Origin: Hydrogenothermaceae bacterium
GTDB lineage: Bacteria > Aquificota > Aquificia > Aquificales > Hydrogenothermaceae
Length of the DNA stretch: 64,000 nucleotides
Assembly (NCBI GenBank): GCA_041287495.1
Contig: JBEULE010000042.1
Coordinates: 6,139-70,138 of the forward strand
Direction of reading: 5' to 3'
Shown: piece after piece, positions 10,747 through 20,793 of the stretch
Layout of the letters: every line of letters begins with the position of its first letter
Position numbering within the stretch: position 1 is the stretch's first letter
The notes under the pieces: generated by a model
Told to the model about the DNA's origin: nothing
Seen by the model: the letters and a program-made list of their open reading frames with translations, nothing else
The model's database searches: none
Position numbers and translations under genes: made by a program

Positions 10747-10915
10747 TTTCTTTCCTCCTTAACGATTTTTTCTAAAATTTTCGTCGGGCCACCACTGCCC
10801 ATAGCAAAAACCTCCTTATAAAGTTAAAAATGAAAAATATATTATATCTCACTAATCATAATTTCAAAATGATTTTGCACTTTTTTTGTGCAAATAATCC
10901 TCATATTTTTGATTT

Positions 10916-10944
10916 TTGCATATTAAGATATATCATTATATAAT
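10916..10944 (+). promoter_or_regulatory. sigma70-type promoter TTGCAT-N17-TATAAT upstream of leuC
   Basis: TTGCAT at 10916-10921, a 17-nt spacer, TATAAT at 10939-10944. The leuC ATG at 10980 is preceded by AGGAGG. Confidence 0.45.
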
Positions 10945-10979
10945 GGTTAGTAGAATATTTTAGATAGGAGGAAAGTTTT

Positions 10980-12275
10980 ATGGGAATGACAATAACTGAG
11001 AAGATAATAGCAGCCCACTCAGATAAAAAATTGGTAGAAGCCGGAGAGCTTGTAACAGTAAAAGTTGACCTTGCAATAGCAAATGATATAACAGCTCCTA
11101 TAGCTATAAAACAACTTGAAAAGTATGGAATAGATAAAGTACACGATCCAAATAAGATAGCTCTTGTTATGGATCACTTTTTCCCACCAAAAGATATCCT
11201 TTCAGCTCAGCAGATAAAGATATCCAGAGATTTTGCAAAGAAGATGGGAATAAAAAACTATTTTGAAGGTCAAGATAGTGGTGTTATGCATACAGTTTTA
11301 CCGGAAAAAGGTTTTATAGTTCCCGGAGATTTAGTGATAGGTGCTGATTCCCACACATGTACATACGGGGGACTTGGAGCTTTTGCAACAGGCGTAGGTT
11401 CTACTGATATAGCTTACATATGGGCAACAGGAGAAACTTGGTTAAAAGTCCCTGAAAGTATGAAGTTTGTGTTTTACGGAAAAAAACAAAGATGGGTAGG
11501 TGGAAAGGATTTTGTATTATCAGTTATAGGAAAGATAGGTGTTGATGGAGCTCTTTATAAAGCTATGGAATACCACGGAGAAGCTATAAGAGACCTTGAT
11601 ATAGATGATAGATTGACTATAGCGAATATGGCGATAGAAGCCGGCGGTAAAAATGCTATCATAGAAGCTGATGAAAAAACATTAGAATGGGTTAGAAAAA
11701 GAACAAACAGGGAAGGAATTGTTTATAAAGCTGACCCTGATGCTAAATACTGCTGTGAGTATGAGTTTGATGCATCTAAAATAGAACCGGTTGTTGCATG
11801 TCCTCACCTTCCATCAAATGTAAAACCTGTAAGTGAAGTAGCAGGAACCCATATAGACCAGGTATTTATAGGTTCTTGTACTAACGGTAGAATATCAGAC
11901 CTAAGGATAGCTGCAGCTATACTAAAAGGTAAAAAAGTTCATCCAGAAGTAAGATGTATAGTTATACCTGCATCTGATCAAGTTTATAAGCAGGCTTTAC
12001 ATGAAGGTCTTATTGAGATACTTGCAGATGCTGGATGTTTAATAAGCACTTCTACCTGTGGTCCTTGTCTTGGTGGACATATGGGAATACTTGCGGAAGG
12101 AGAAGTATGTCTTTCAACTTCTAACAGAAACTTCGTTGGAAGAATGGGACATCCAGGAAGCTTTGTTTATCTTGCTGGACCAGCTGTAGCAGCTGCTTCT
12201 GCTGTACTTGGAAGAATAGCTCATCCTGATGAAGTTGCAAAATACGAAGATATAGAAACTTTAATAACTCTTTAA
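10980..12275 (+). CDS. leuC: 3-isopropylmalate dehydratase / homoaconitase large subunit
   Basis: 431 aa. Aconitase-family Cys ligands (GSCTNGR, CGPCLG) and the N-terminus MTITEKII. Confidence 0.85.
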   Translation: MGMTITEKIIAAHSDKKLVEAGELVTVKVDLAIANDITAPIAIKQLEKYGIDKVHDPNKIALVMDHFFPPKDILSAQQIKISRDFAKKMGIKNYFEGQDSGVMHTVLPEKGFIVPGDLVIGADSHTCTYGGLGAFATGVGSTDIAYIWATGETWLKVPESMKFVFYGKKQRWVGGKDFVLSVIGKIGVDGALYKAMEYHGEAIRDLDIDDRLTIANMAIEAGGKNAIIEADEKTLEWVRKRTNREGIVYKADPDAKYCCEYEFDASKIEPVVACPHLPSNVKPVSEVAGTHIDQVFIGSCTNGRISDLRIAAAILKGKKVHPEVRCIVIPASDQVYKQALHEGLIEILADAGCLISTSTCGPCLGGHMGILAEGEVCLSTSNRNFVGRMGHPGSFVYLAGPAVAAASAVLGRIAHPDEVAKYEDIETLITL

Positions 12276-12288
12276 GGGGGTAAAATAT

Positions 12289-12480
12289 ATGGCACTTTGG
12301 GACTCTATGGTAAGAATTTTAATAGGAGCATTACTCATTACATTGGGATTTTTTAAAGGTGGAATTTTTACGATAACCTTATTTGTTGGGGTTATACTTA
12401 TACTTACAGCTATCACAGGTTTCTGTCCTCTCTATAAAATAGCCGGAATCTCTTCAAAAGGAGAACTTTCCCAAGCTTGA
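12289..12480 (+). CDS. DUF2892 (YgaP-like) small inner-membrane protein
   Basis: 63 aa with two TM helices. The RILIGALLITLGFF pattern is typical of DUF2892. Confidence 0.5.
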   Translation: MALWDSMVRILIGALLITLGFFKGGIFTITLFVGVILILTAITGFCPLYKIAGISSKGELSQA

Positions 12481-12884
12481 GTAGAATATTAGGACTTGAC
12501 ATAGGAACAAAAAGGATAGGGGTTGCTGTAAGTGACCCCTTAAATATAACTGCAACTCCAAAAGATTACATACAGAACGACGATAAAGCTATTGAAAAAA
12601 TTAAGAACCTATTAAAAGAGTATAAAACAAAAGATGTAGTTGTTGGTCTTCCTTTAACATTAAAAGGCAATGAAGGAGAACAGGTTAAATACACAAAAGA
12701 GTTTGTAGAAAAGCTTAAGGAAAATATCCCAGATATAAACATAATTTTTATAGATGAGAGATTCAGCTCTTCGTTAGCTGAAAAACATATAAACCCAAAA
12801 AAGTTGAAAGAAAAGGGAAAATTAGATAGTCTCTCGGCAGCAATAATACTTCAAACATACTTAGATAGCCTATCTATTAGATGA
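12477..12884 (+). CDS. ruvX: Holliday-junction resolvase-like YqgF/RuvX
   Basis: 135 aa. N-terminus ILGLDIGTKRIGVAVSD. Confidence 0.85.
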   Translation: MSRILGLDIGTKRIGVAVSDPLNITATPKDYIQNDDKAIEKIKNLLKEYKTKDVVVGLPLTLKGNEGEQVKYTKEFVEKLKENIPDINIIFIDERFSSSLAEKHINPKKLKEKGKLDSLSAAIILQTYLDSLSIR

Positions 12885-13858
12885 GAAAGTTTTTAATTAC
12901 AATATCTACATTAACAATACTATTACTATCATACACTCTATTCCAGATAAATCATAAACACCCTGTCGATACAGAGATAAATATCCAAAAAGGTATGCAT
13001 ACAAAAGATATAGCTTTTTTATTAAAGAGAGAAGGGGTTATATCTGACCCATACATATTTATGTTGATGGTAAAGTTAAAAAACTCTACTTTAAAGGCTG
13101 GGTATTACAGTTTTAAAGGTGAGTTATCTATCCTTGATGTTTTAAATATGTTAGAAAAAGGATACGTAAAAGAGTATGTATTTACAATAATTCCGGGAGA
13201 TAATCTCATAACGATAGCAGAAAAACTTCAAAATGAAGGGATAGTAGAAAAAGAGAGGTTTTTAAAATTCGTTTTTGATAAAAATATCTTAAAAGCTAAA
13301 AATTTAGAGGGAGATAGTTTCGAGGGCTACTTTCCTCCGGAAACCTACAGAATACCTTATAAAGCCGATTTAAATGAAGTTATTGACATCTTTTTAAGAG
13401 AGTTTAAGAAAAAATATCTACCGTATAAAGATAAATTCAAAGATAAAAGTATCACCTTTTATGAAGGGATGATTATAGCATCTATGATAGAAAAAGAGGC
13501 TTTCTTAGAGGAGGAAAAACCTATCATTGCCGGAGTTATACTAAACAGACTTAAAAAAGATATGAGATTACAGATAGATGCTACTGTAATATATGGGTTG
13601 ATGTTAAAAAATAGATACACCGGAAAACTAACTAAAGAAGATATGAAGTTTGACTCTCCTTTTAACACTTACATTTACAAAGGACTTCCACCTACTCCAA
13701 TATGCAGTTTCAGTATAACTTCCTTAGAAGCTGTAATAAATCCAAAAAATCATAACTACCTTTACTATGTTCTCTCCAAAGATAGAAAGAGTCATGTATT
13801 TACCGACAACTACAACGAACATTTAAAGAACATAGAGATAAATCTGAAATCTAAATGA
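12881..13858 (+). CDS. mltG: endolytic murein transglycosylase MltG (YceG-like)
   Basis: 325 aa. N-terminal TM, YceG domain, and a 4-nt overlap with ruvX. Confidence 0.8.
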   Translation: MRKFLITISTLTILLLSYTLFQINHKHPVDTEINIQKGMHTKDIAFLLKREGVISDPYIFMLMVKLKNSTLKAGYYSFKGELSILDVLNMLEKGYVKEYVFTIIPGDNLITIAEKLQNEGIVEKERFLKFVFDKNILKAKNLEGDSFEGYFPPETYRIPYKADLNEVIDIFLREFKKKYLPYKDKFKDKSITFYEGMIIASMIEKEAFLEEEKPIIAGVILNRLKKDMRLQIDATVIYGLMLKNRYTGKLTKEDMKFDSPFNTYIYKGLPPTPICSFSITSLEAVINPKNHNYLYYVLSKDRKSHVFTDNYNEHLKNIEINLKSK

Positions 13859-14735
13859 TATCAATATAGAGGTTGCCTCTTTTACCTTCTGGTGATATAT
13901 AGCCATAGTCTTTCAATACTAACCTAAAAGGCGGATCTGTATTTGGCATACTGACAGTAATTTTCTCTCCTGTAAAAAGTTTTAAAGTTAAATAGTTATA
14001 CTCAGAAGGATGTTTTTTTAGTTTCATTTTTAAGATAAGGTCATTTCTGGATAATTCAAAAGGAAGTGGTTCAAGTTTGAATTTAACAATTAAATCTCCA
14101 TAATCTCCACCGTTTAAACCGGCATTTCCCAATTTTCGTATCTTTATAAAATCTCCATCTCTCACACCAATAGGAACATCTATAAAGACTTTTTCTATTT
14201 TATTATAATATCCCTTACCTTTACATCTATTACAAGGGTTTTTAATTATAAATCCCTTAGCAAGACATTCAGGGCAAGGCATCTTTCCAAATTTAGTGTT
14301 TATATATCCATTTAAACATCTCTCACATTTAACTATACTGCTATACTCTGTAAAACCACAACCATCACATTCTTCACAGATAACCTTTCTTTTGTAAGAG
14401 ATTTCTTTTTTAGAACCTATCAGACCATCTTTAATATCTACTGTTAATGTAATTTTTATATTTTTACCTTTCTTTGGCTTAGTTGTAAAACCTAAAAACT
14501 CAAATAATGTTTCAGAAAATTTATCAAAAATAGATTTCTTTTCTAATACTGCTTCATAATCTTTTCTCTTTTGGGGGTCTATAAGAGTCTCATAAGCTTG
14601 GGTTATGTATTTAAATATCTCTCCAGCATCTGGATTTAAATCAGGATGGAATTTTTTAGCTTTTCTATAGAAGGCTTTCTTTATCTCTTCAGTAGAAGAG
14701 AGGGGACTTACCCCCAAAAGCCTAAAAAAGTTCAT
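13851..14735 (-). CDS. DnaJ-like protein (J domain plus CxxC zinc-finger repeats, short form)
   Basis: 294 aa. J domain with HPD (KKFHPDLNPD) and four CxxC pairs (CEECDGCG, CERC, CPEC, CNRCKGKG). Lies immediately downstream of grpE. Confidence 0.7.
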   Translation of the reverse strand: MNFFRLLGVSPLSSTEEIKKAFYRKAKKFHPDLNPDAGEIFKYITQAYETLIDPQKRKDYEAVLEKKSIFDKFSETLFEFLGFTTKPKKGKNIKITLTVDIKDGLIGSKKEISYKRKVICEECDGCGFTEYSSIVKCERCLNGYINTKFGKMPCPECLAKGFIIKNPCNRCKGKGYYNKIEKVFIDVPIGVRDGDFIKIRKLGNAGLNGGDYGDLIVKFKLEPLPFELSRNDLILKMKLKKHPSEYNYLTLKLFTGEKITVSMPNTDPPFRLVLKDYGYISPEGKRGNLYIDII

Positions 14736-15353
14736 CTATGTTATCTCTTCCTCTTCATTTATGGCAACTACAACTTTTGCAGGTCTTATAACTTTTCCTT
14801 TGTATTTATAACCATTCTGTAAAACTTTGACTATGTAGTTTGATGGATAATCTTTTGTCCTTAGAGTTTCAAGGGCTTCGTGTTCCATAGGATTAAAATC
14901 TCCCGATGCTTCTATCTTCTCTATTCCAAAATCTTGGAGAAGTTTTACAACTTGATAATGAACCATCTGTATTCCTGTAATTATAGAGTTTATATCTGAA
15001 GGGTTTTTAAGGCTTTCTAAAGCTTTCTCGAAGTTGTCTATCACTTCAAGAAAAGATTTTGCAAATTTTTCAATAGCTTCCTCTTTAATCTGCTCTTTTT
15101 CCTTAATAGACCGTATCTTATAATCTTCAAAATCTTTCTGTAAAAGTTGATAAAGATTACTTAATCTCTTTGCTGCTTCTTCCGTTTTCTGTAATTTAGC
15201 TTTAAGCTCTTCATTCTCTTTTTTAAGATTTTCTATCAAAATGTCTTTGTCAATATCTTGGGTTTCTTCTACCTGATTTTCTACCTGATTTCGATTTTCA
15301 ATTTCTTCCTGTTTAACTTCTTCAATCTGTTGCTGATTTTCTTTATTTTCCAA
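14736..15353 (-). CDS. grpE: nucleotide exchange factor GrpE
   Basis: 205 aa. Coiled-coil N-terminus and a GrpE C-terminal beta-domain. Confidence 0.85.
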   Translation of the reverse strand: MENKENQQQIEEVKQEEIENRNQVENQVEETQDIDKDILIENLKKENEELKAKLQKTEEAAKRLSNLYQLLQKDFEDYKIRSIKEKEQIKEEAIEKFAKSFLEVIDNFEKALESLKNPSDINSIITGIQMVHYQVVKLLQDFGIEKIEASGDFNPMEHEALETLRTKDYPSNYIVKVLQNGYKYKGKVIRPAKVVVAINEEEEIT

Positions 15354-15408
15354 CTTTTTCCTCCTGATAAAGGTATTTTTTTATATATCTAATATTCATT
15401 ATAGATTT

Positions 15409-16155
15409 TTAAGCAAAGTTTTCAAGGAGATTCCAAACTTCCTGACTGTATTTTTTTTCTTTTGGATTTTCATACATTATCAGTGGTTTTTCTACAATTT
15501 CTCCTCTCTCTTTTCCAGCTTTGAGACACTCAACCAAAACATGGGTAGCACTTTCATTTACAGATGGATAAACGAATCTAAACCTCTTAGGTTGCAACTT
15601 ATAAGATTTACAGACTGTTATACTTTCAACAAATCTACTTACTGGAAGTATGTAATAAAATTTACCTTTATTTTTCAAAAGATAAGATGCAGATTTTACA
15701 AAATCTTCAAAGGTAGCAAGATGCTCAGATTTTTCTATATACTCATTTGATGAGTAATCTTTTGATATAAAGTAAGGTGGGTTTGTAATAACACAGTCAA
15801 AAAACTGATTCTGAAAAACCGTCTTCACATCTCTAACATCTAAAAGTTTTAAATCTACCTCAACATTATTTAATTTAAAATTTCTCTCTGCAAGAGAGTA
15901 CATACTTTCTTGGACTTCTATAGCGTATAGTTTTAAATTTTTGAATTTAAGATTGAGAAGTATAGGAATTACGCCACTTCCAGTTCCAAGGTCCATAACT
16001 TTTTTTGATGGAGATATATTTACAAAACTTACAAGAAGTATAGAGTCAACATTAAAGCGGTAACCATCTTTTTTCTGAATTATATGGATCTTCCCCCTTA
16101 TAAAAGGGGAGATATCTTCATCTGGATTTATTTTAAGCTGACTTAGATTTTGCAA
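15409..16155 (-). CDS. tRNA (adenine37-N6)-methyltransferase-like SAM-dependent methyltransferase
   Basis: 248 aa. The NPPYF motif and GTGSG SAM-binding motif. Confidence 0.7.
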   Translation of the reverse strand: MQNLSQLKINPDEDISPFIRGKIHIIQKKDGYRFNVDSILLVSFVNISPSKKVMDLGTGSGVIPILLNLKFKNLKLYAIEVQESMYSLAERNFKLNNVEVDLKLLDVRDVKTVFQNQFFDCVITNPPYFISKDYSSNEYIEKSEHLATFEDFVKSASYLLKNKGKFYYILPVSRFVESITVCKSYKLQPKRFRFVYPSVNESATHVLVECLKAGKERGEIVEKPLIMYENPKEKKYSQEVWNLLENFA

Positions 16156-16540
16156 GGTTTATTAAAGCTTCTGCTCTTTCTTTCTGCTTTTGATAGTGTT
16201 CTCTCTCTTGGTCAGTTAAATTTTCTAAACTAAGCTTCTGATTTGCTTCTTCAAGTAAAGCTTTCTCTTCTTCTATATTTATAGAGTCTATCTCATAAAC
16301 CTCTTCAACTAAAGCAATAACTTTATCTGGAGCTACATCTATAACCCCATACGTAACGGCAAACTCTTGAAAATCTGTTGGACTTTTCTCTATTCTAAGT
16401 TTTCCAGGTTTTATATTTGTAAGCAATAACATATGGTTTTCAAGAATACCTATCTCTCCATCTGCAGTTGTTATAACTGTTTGATATACATCTCCACTAA
16501 ACACTAACCCTTTAGGTGTAACAACATCAAGTTTATACAT
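16133..16540 (-). CDS. atpC: F-type ATP synthase epsilon subunit
   Basis: 135 aa. The N-terminus L.VVTP....F.G.V..V...G.EG..GIL..H is typical of AtpC. Confidence 0.85.
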   Translation of the reverse strand: MYKLDVVTPKGLVFSGDVYQTVITTADGEIGILENHMLLLTNIKPGKLRIEKSPTDFQEFAVTYGVIDVAPDKVIALVEEVYEIDSINIEEEKALLEEANQKLSLENLTDQEREHYQKQKERAEALINLAKSKSA

Positions 16541-16568
16541 ACACTTTCCTCCACTTAGATAGTAGTAA

Positions 16569-16652
16569 TGCCGAAGGCGGGAGTCGAACCCGCACGCCCT
16601 TGCGGGCGGGGGATTTTGAGTCCCCTGCGTCTGCCAATTCCGCCACTTCGGC
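16569..16652 (-). tRNA. tRNA-Leu (anticodon CAA), type II with long variable arm
   Basis: Reverse complement reads GCCGAAGTGGCGGAATTGGCAGACGCAGGGGACTCAAAATCCCCCGCCCGCAAGGGCGTGCGGGTTCGACTCCCGCCTTCGGCA. Anticodon loop CUCAAAA. No encoded CCA. Confidence 0.85.
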
Positions 16653-16671
16653 TTTTTGTATCTATATTATA

Positions 16672-17187
16672 CTACTTTTTATCACTCTTTGGCACCAAGG
16701 TAAACATCATATTTTTACCTTCTTTTACTGGTGACTTCTCAACTACAGCAATATCTGATAGGTCTTCTATTATTCTGTTTGCAAGTTTATCTCCAAGTTC
16801 CGGATGAACATTCTCTCTACCTCTAAACCATATCCAAACTCTAACCTTGTCTCCATCCTGTATAAACTCTCTGATATGTTTGATTTTAGTCTCATAGTCA
16901 TGTTTCTCTATATTAAGTTTAAACTTCATTTCTTTTACTTCTTGTATATGTTGCTTCTTCTTAGCCTCTTTCTCTTTCTTTTTCTGTTCAAACTTATACT
17001 TACCATAATCCATTATTTTACAGACAGGAGGGTTTGCACTTGGAGACACTTCTACAAGGTCAAGGTTCCTCTGCTGAGCTATCTTTAATGCCTCTTCAAT
17101 TGGAACAACACCTAAATTTTGCCCATCTTCCGTAATGAGCCTAACTTCCTTGGCCCTGATCTGATTGTTAATTCTTAACTCTTGAAT
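16672..17187 (-). CDS. infC: translation initiation factor IF-3 (AUU start codon)
   Basis: The track ORF begins at an internal Met. The frame stays open upstream to ATT at 17187..17185, giving IQELRINNQIRAKEVRLI.. (the IF-3 N-terminus), preceded by GGAGGTG. Confidence 0.85.
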   Translation of the reverse strand: MQELRINNQIRAKEVRLITEDGQNLGVVPIEEALKIAQQRNLDLVEVSPSANPPVCKIMDYGKYKFEQKKKEKEAKKKQHIQEVKEMKFKLNIEKHDYETKIKHIREFIQDGDKVRVWIWFRGRENVHPELGDKLANRIIEDLSDIAVVEKSPVKEGKNMMFTLVPKSDKK

Positions 17188-17190
17188 GGC

Positions 17191-18771
17191 TTACACCTCC
17201 ACAAAATTTATTTTAAAATCCGGAGTTAACATCGTATGTTTTTTAAATTCATCTTTCTCAAAAGGAAAATCTTCTCTGTAATGAACTCCTCTACTTTCTT
17301 CTCTTGCTAATGCTGACAATATAATACCTTTTGCAAGGAGAGTAAGGTCATACAGATGTCTTACATTACAAAAATCTTCAAGGAAATTATTTATATTTTC
17401 AATCTCTTTCAAGGCTGTTTTTAATGATTCTTCTGTTCTTATAAGTCCAACATTCTGCCACATTAATGTTTTTATCTTCTTCAACAACTTATCTCTGTCA
17501 ATTTTATCAAGTTCCTTCTTTTCATTAACTTCATTATTGATATTTATATTATCTATTTTAGCATACATATTATATATATAAACAGAATATGCAACTTTAT
17601 ACCCTGTTACAATACATTCAAGAAGTGAATTACTGGCAAGTCTATTGGCTCCGTGAACTCCGGTTGATGCTGTCTCTCCTATAGCAAAAACTCCCTTTAT
17701 ATCAGTTTTACCATTTATATCAGCTTTAATTCCTCCGATTGTGTAATGGGCAGATGGACTGACAGGAATCTTTGTCTCATTTTCCAAACCAAACTCTTTT
17801 AAAATAGAGTAAACATTTGGAAATCTCTCTTTAAAATTTAAACCCTTTTCTAAAAGTGGTGTTATATCAAGGAAAACTTTTGAACCTTGAAGATATTTAC
17901 TTAAGATAGCCCTAGCAACCTCATCTCTTGGCTTTAACTCATCTATAAATCTCTCTCCCTTCTCATCAACAAGTATAGCTCCCTCTCCCCTAACTGCCTC
18001 AGATATGAGCCAACCAGGTTTACCTTCAACGTAAACTGCGGTAGGATGAAATTGAATAAACTCTAAATCCATAAGACTACATCCAGATCTGAAAGCAGCT
18101 CCAATTGAATCCCCACCTATATTGTAAGCAGATGTGTTCCTATAGTATATTCCACTGTATCCACCAGTTGCCAGTATAACAGATTTTGACCTGATAACAT
18201 ACTGCTTCTTTCCATCAGTTATAAGTAATCCTATATACCTGTCTTCATCTGTGATGATCTCCTGTAGATAGTATCCTTCAAGTATTTTTACTCCTTTCTC
18301 TTTTATATATCGAAGCATAACCTTACCTATCTCATAACCAGTCTTGTCTTTAACATGTAAAACTCTACTTAATCTATGTGCTCCTTCTTTAGCTAACTTT
18401 AGATTACCATCTTTATCTCTATCAAAAGGAACACCGAGATTTATAAGGTCTACAACTCTTTCAAGTCCCTCTTCAACAAGTATCCTTACATTATTTTTAA
18501 CACATAGTCCTTTTCCTGCTTTTATGGTATCTTCAAAATGGTAAACAGTAGAATCATCAAAACCTATAGCAGCTGCTATACCACCTTGGGCTAAAAAAGA
18601 GTTAGACCTTGTGGCACTCTTCTTTGTTATTAATGTTGGTTTAATACCAAGATTCAGCATATAGTATGCAGCAGATATACCGGCAAGTCCACTTCCAACT
18701 ATAACTGTATCTGTATATATATTCTCTGTATCCTTTGTGTTAAAGCAGGTAAAGTATCTTTTAAGTTGCAT
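17191..18771 (-). CDS. nadB: L-aspartate oxidase
   Basis: 526 aa. FAD dinucleotide motif VIVGSGLAG and fumarate reductase/succinate dehydrogenase flavoprotein-family motifs, with no capping domain typical of SdhA. Confidence 0.75.
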   Translation of the reverse strand: MQLKRYFTCFNTKDTENIYTDTVIVGSGLAGISAAYYMLNLGIKPTLITKKSATRSNSFLAQGGIAAAIGFDDSTVYHFEDTIKAGKGLCVKNNVRILVEEGLERVVDLINLGVPFDRDKDGNLKLAKEGAHRLSRVLHVKDKTGYEIGKVMLRYIKEKGVKILEGYYLQEIITDEDRYIGLLITDGKKQYVIRSKSVILATGGYSGIYYRNTSAYNIGGDSIGAAFRSGCSLMDLEFIQFHPTAVYVEGKPGWLISEAVRGEGAILVDEKGERFIDELKPRDEVARAILSKYLQGSKVFLDITPLLEKGLNFKERFPNVYSILKEFGLENETKIPVSPSAHYTIGGIKADINGKTDIKGVFAIGETASTGVHGANRLASNSLLECIVTGYKVAYSVYIYNMYAKIDNININNEVNEKKELDKIDRDKLLKKIKTLMWQNVGLIRTEESLKTALKEIENINNFLEDFCNVRHLYDLTLLAKGIILSALAREESRGVHYREDFPFEKDEFKKHTMLTPDFKINFVEV

Positions 18772-19762
18772 AGGAAACTTTATACTCTTTTATTATCTCA
18801 AGTAGAACTTGGTTCAATTTTTCTGGATCGTGTCTTGCATAGTTACCTTCGTTAAGTAGAGTCTTTGCATAAACTTTTAACCCCATCCTAGACAGGTTTC
18901 CAGCATCTACAACAACAGGTTCAGAATTTTCAGCTAAATATCTCTTTAAAACATCATCAGGTGGTATCTCAGTATTTACGATAGCTATATCTAAAAATCC
19001 TGAATTTTCATCGCCGGTTACTATCTTATTTAACACTTTAACATGATCTGAAGCTGTAAATTCATCAGTTTCTCCATACTGGGTCATAACGTTACATACG
19101 TATATCTTTAATGCTTTACTTTCCAAAATAGCATCTCTTATATCTTTTATCAAAATGTTTGGGATTATACTTGTAAATAAACTTCCCGGACCTAAGATAA
19201 TTATATCTGCGTTTATTATCCTATCTATAGCTTTTTGAGGAGCTTTAATGTTGGAAGGTTCAAGCCATATATCTTCTATTTTAGCAATTAACTTTTTACC
19301 ATACTCAGTTATCTCAACTTCCCCTTTTATAACTTTTCCATCTGTAAATCTTGCAACGAGATTAACCATACTATCTGTTGAAGGTATTATCTCACCTTTT
19401 ATATTCAAAATCTTTGATGTTATCTCAACTGCATTAAGAAAATCTCCGGTTATCTTTGTTAAAACCGTGAGAAAAAGATTTCCAAAGCTATGCCCTTTTA
19501 ATCCTTCTCCTTCCTCAAATCTATACTGCATAACTTTTGTTAGTATATCCTCATCTTCAGCTAAAGCTGTTATACAGTTTCTAACATCTCCAGGTGCTGG
19601 AATATTCATCTGTTTTCTAAGTATTCCAGTACTTCCTCCGTTATCAGATACGGTAACTATGGCAGATAACTTTTCTATGTACTCCGGTACAAACTTCTTT
19701 ATCCCTCTCAAAAGTGATGATAAACCTGTCCCTCCTCCTATTGCAACCACTTTCACAGTCAA
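18761..19762 (-). CDS. YvcK / CofD-like gluconeogenesis factor family protein
   Basis: 333 aa. N-terminus [16 protein letters not shown] and the PPGDVRNC motif. Confidence 0.75.
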   Translation of the reverse strand: MTVKVVAIGGGTGLSSLLRGIKKFVPEYIEKLSAIVTVSDNGGSTGILRKQMNIPAPGDVRNCITALAEDEDILTKVMQYRFEEGEGLKGHSFGNLFLTVLTKITGDFLNAVEITSKILNIKGEIIPSTDSMVNLVARFTDGKVIKGEVEITEYGKKLIAKIEDIWLEPSNIKAPQKAIDRIINADIIILGPGSLFTSIIPNILIKDIRDAILESKALKIYVCNVMTQYGETDEFTASDHVKVLNKIVTGDENSGFLDIAIVNTEIPPDDVLKRYLAENSEPVVVDAGNLSRMGLKVYAKTLLNEGNYARHDPEKLNQVLLEIIKEYKVSYAT

Positions 19763-20793
19763 TTGCCTCCAATTTTTTTACCAAAAAACTTTAAAATTTT
19801 CTCTCTATCTGGCTTATCTATTATACCTTTTTCTGTTATTATTGCACTGATATATTCAGAAGGTGTTATATCAAAAGAGTAATTAAGGGCTTTTGAAGAA
19901 TTGGGAGCAACTAAACAGTCTCCACATTTTTTTACTTCATCTTGACTTCTCTGTTCTATAGGTATATCTTCACCTTTTTCAAGTGTTAAGTCAAATGTAG
20001 AAGTTGGAGCAGCTACATAAAAAGGTATTCCATGATGTTTTGCAAGGATTGCTAAAGAGTATGTTCCTATCTTGTTTGCGACATCTCCATTTAAAGTTAT
20101 CCTATCTGCACCAACAACTATAAGGTCAATCTCTCCTTTTGACATAAGAAATCCGGCTGATGAATCTGTAATTATATAATGGGGAATACCTTCCTGAGAA
20201 AGCTCCCAAGCTGTAAGTCTTGAACCTTGTAGGTAAGGTCTTGTTTCATCAACATAAACAGTTATATCTTTACCATTTTCATAGGCAGACCTTATAACTC
20301 CAAGAGCTGTCCCCCAGCCAGCTGTTGCTAATGACCCTGTATTACAGTGTGTCAATATCTTTGCCTTTTTAGGAATTAAAACTTCTCCGTATCCTCCTAT
20401 AGATTTATTAGCATGGTAATCTTCTAACTCTATCCTCTGAGCTTCTTTGAGAAGTTTATTTAAAATATCTGGGCTATCTCTATATGTTAGATAAAATTTT
20501 TCCATTCTATCAAGAGCCCAGAAGAGATTTACAGCCGTTGGTCTAGTTTTCTTTAATCTATCTACCACTTCCTTATAATCTAATCCTTCTTTTATACCTA
20601 CATAGAACCCGTAAGCTCCAACTATTCCTATAAGTGGAGCTCCTCTTACAATCATATCTTTTATGGCTCTCTCGTAATCATCTAAAGATTTAAGTTTTAT
20701 CCACTCTTCCTGTGAGGGAAGTTTAAGCTGATTTAAAGCATACAGAAAGCCATCTTTAAAGTCTATCGGTCTTATATCTTTTAACTTCCTCAA
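19759..20793 (-). CDS. methylthioribose-1-phosphate isomerase / eIF-2B alpha-beta-delta family protein
   Basis: 344 aa. VRGAPLIG motif and a C-terminal Rossmann-like domain of the MtnA/eIF2B family. Confidence 0.75.
   Translation of the reverse strand: MRKLKDIRPIDFKDGFLYALNQLKLPSQEEWIKLKSLDDYERAIKDMIVRGAPLIGIVGAYGFYVGIKEGLDYKEVVDRLKKTRPTAVNLFWALDRMEKFYLTYRDSPDILNKLLKEAQRIELEDYHANKSIGGYGEVLIPKKAKILTHCNTGSLATAGWGTALGVIRSAYENGKDITVYVDETRPYLQGSRLTAWELSQEGIPHYIITDSSAGFLMSKGEIDLIVVGADRITLNGDVANKIGTYSLAILAKHHGIPFYVAAPTSTFDLTLEKGEDIPIEQRSQDEVKKCGDCLVAPNSSKALNYSFDITPSEYISAIITEKGIIDKPDREKILKFFGKKIGGN

Noticed and set aside
16568-17088. Plus-strand ORFs of 79 and 94 aa
   Set aside because: Antisense to tRNA-Leu and infC.
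19248-19850. 200-aa plus-strand ORF
   Set aside because: Antisense to the well-supported yvcK-like gene. No RBS and no family resemblance.
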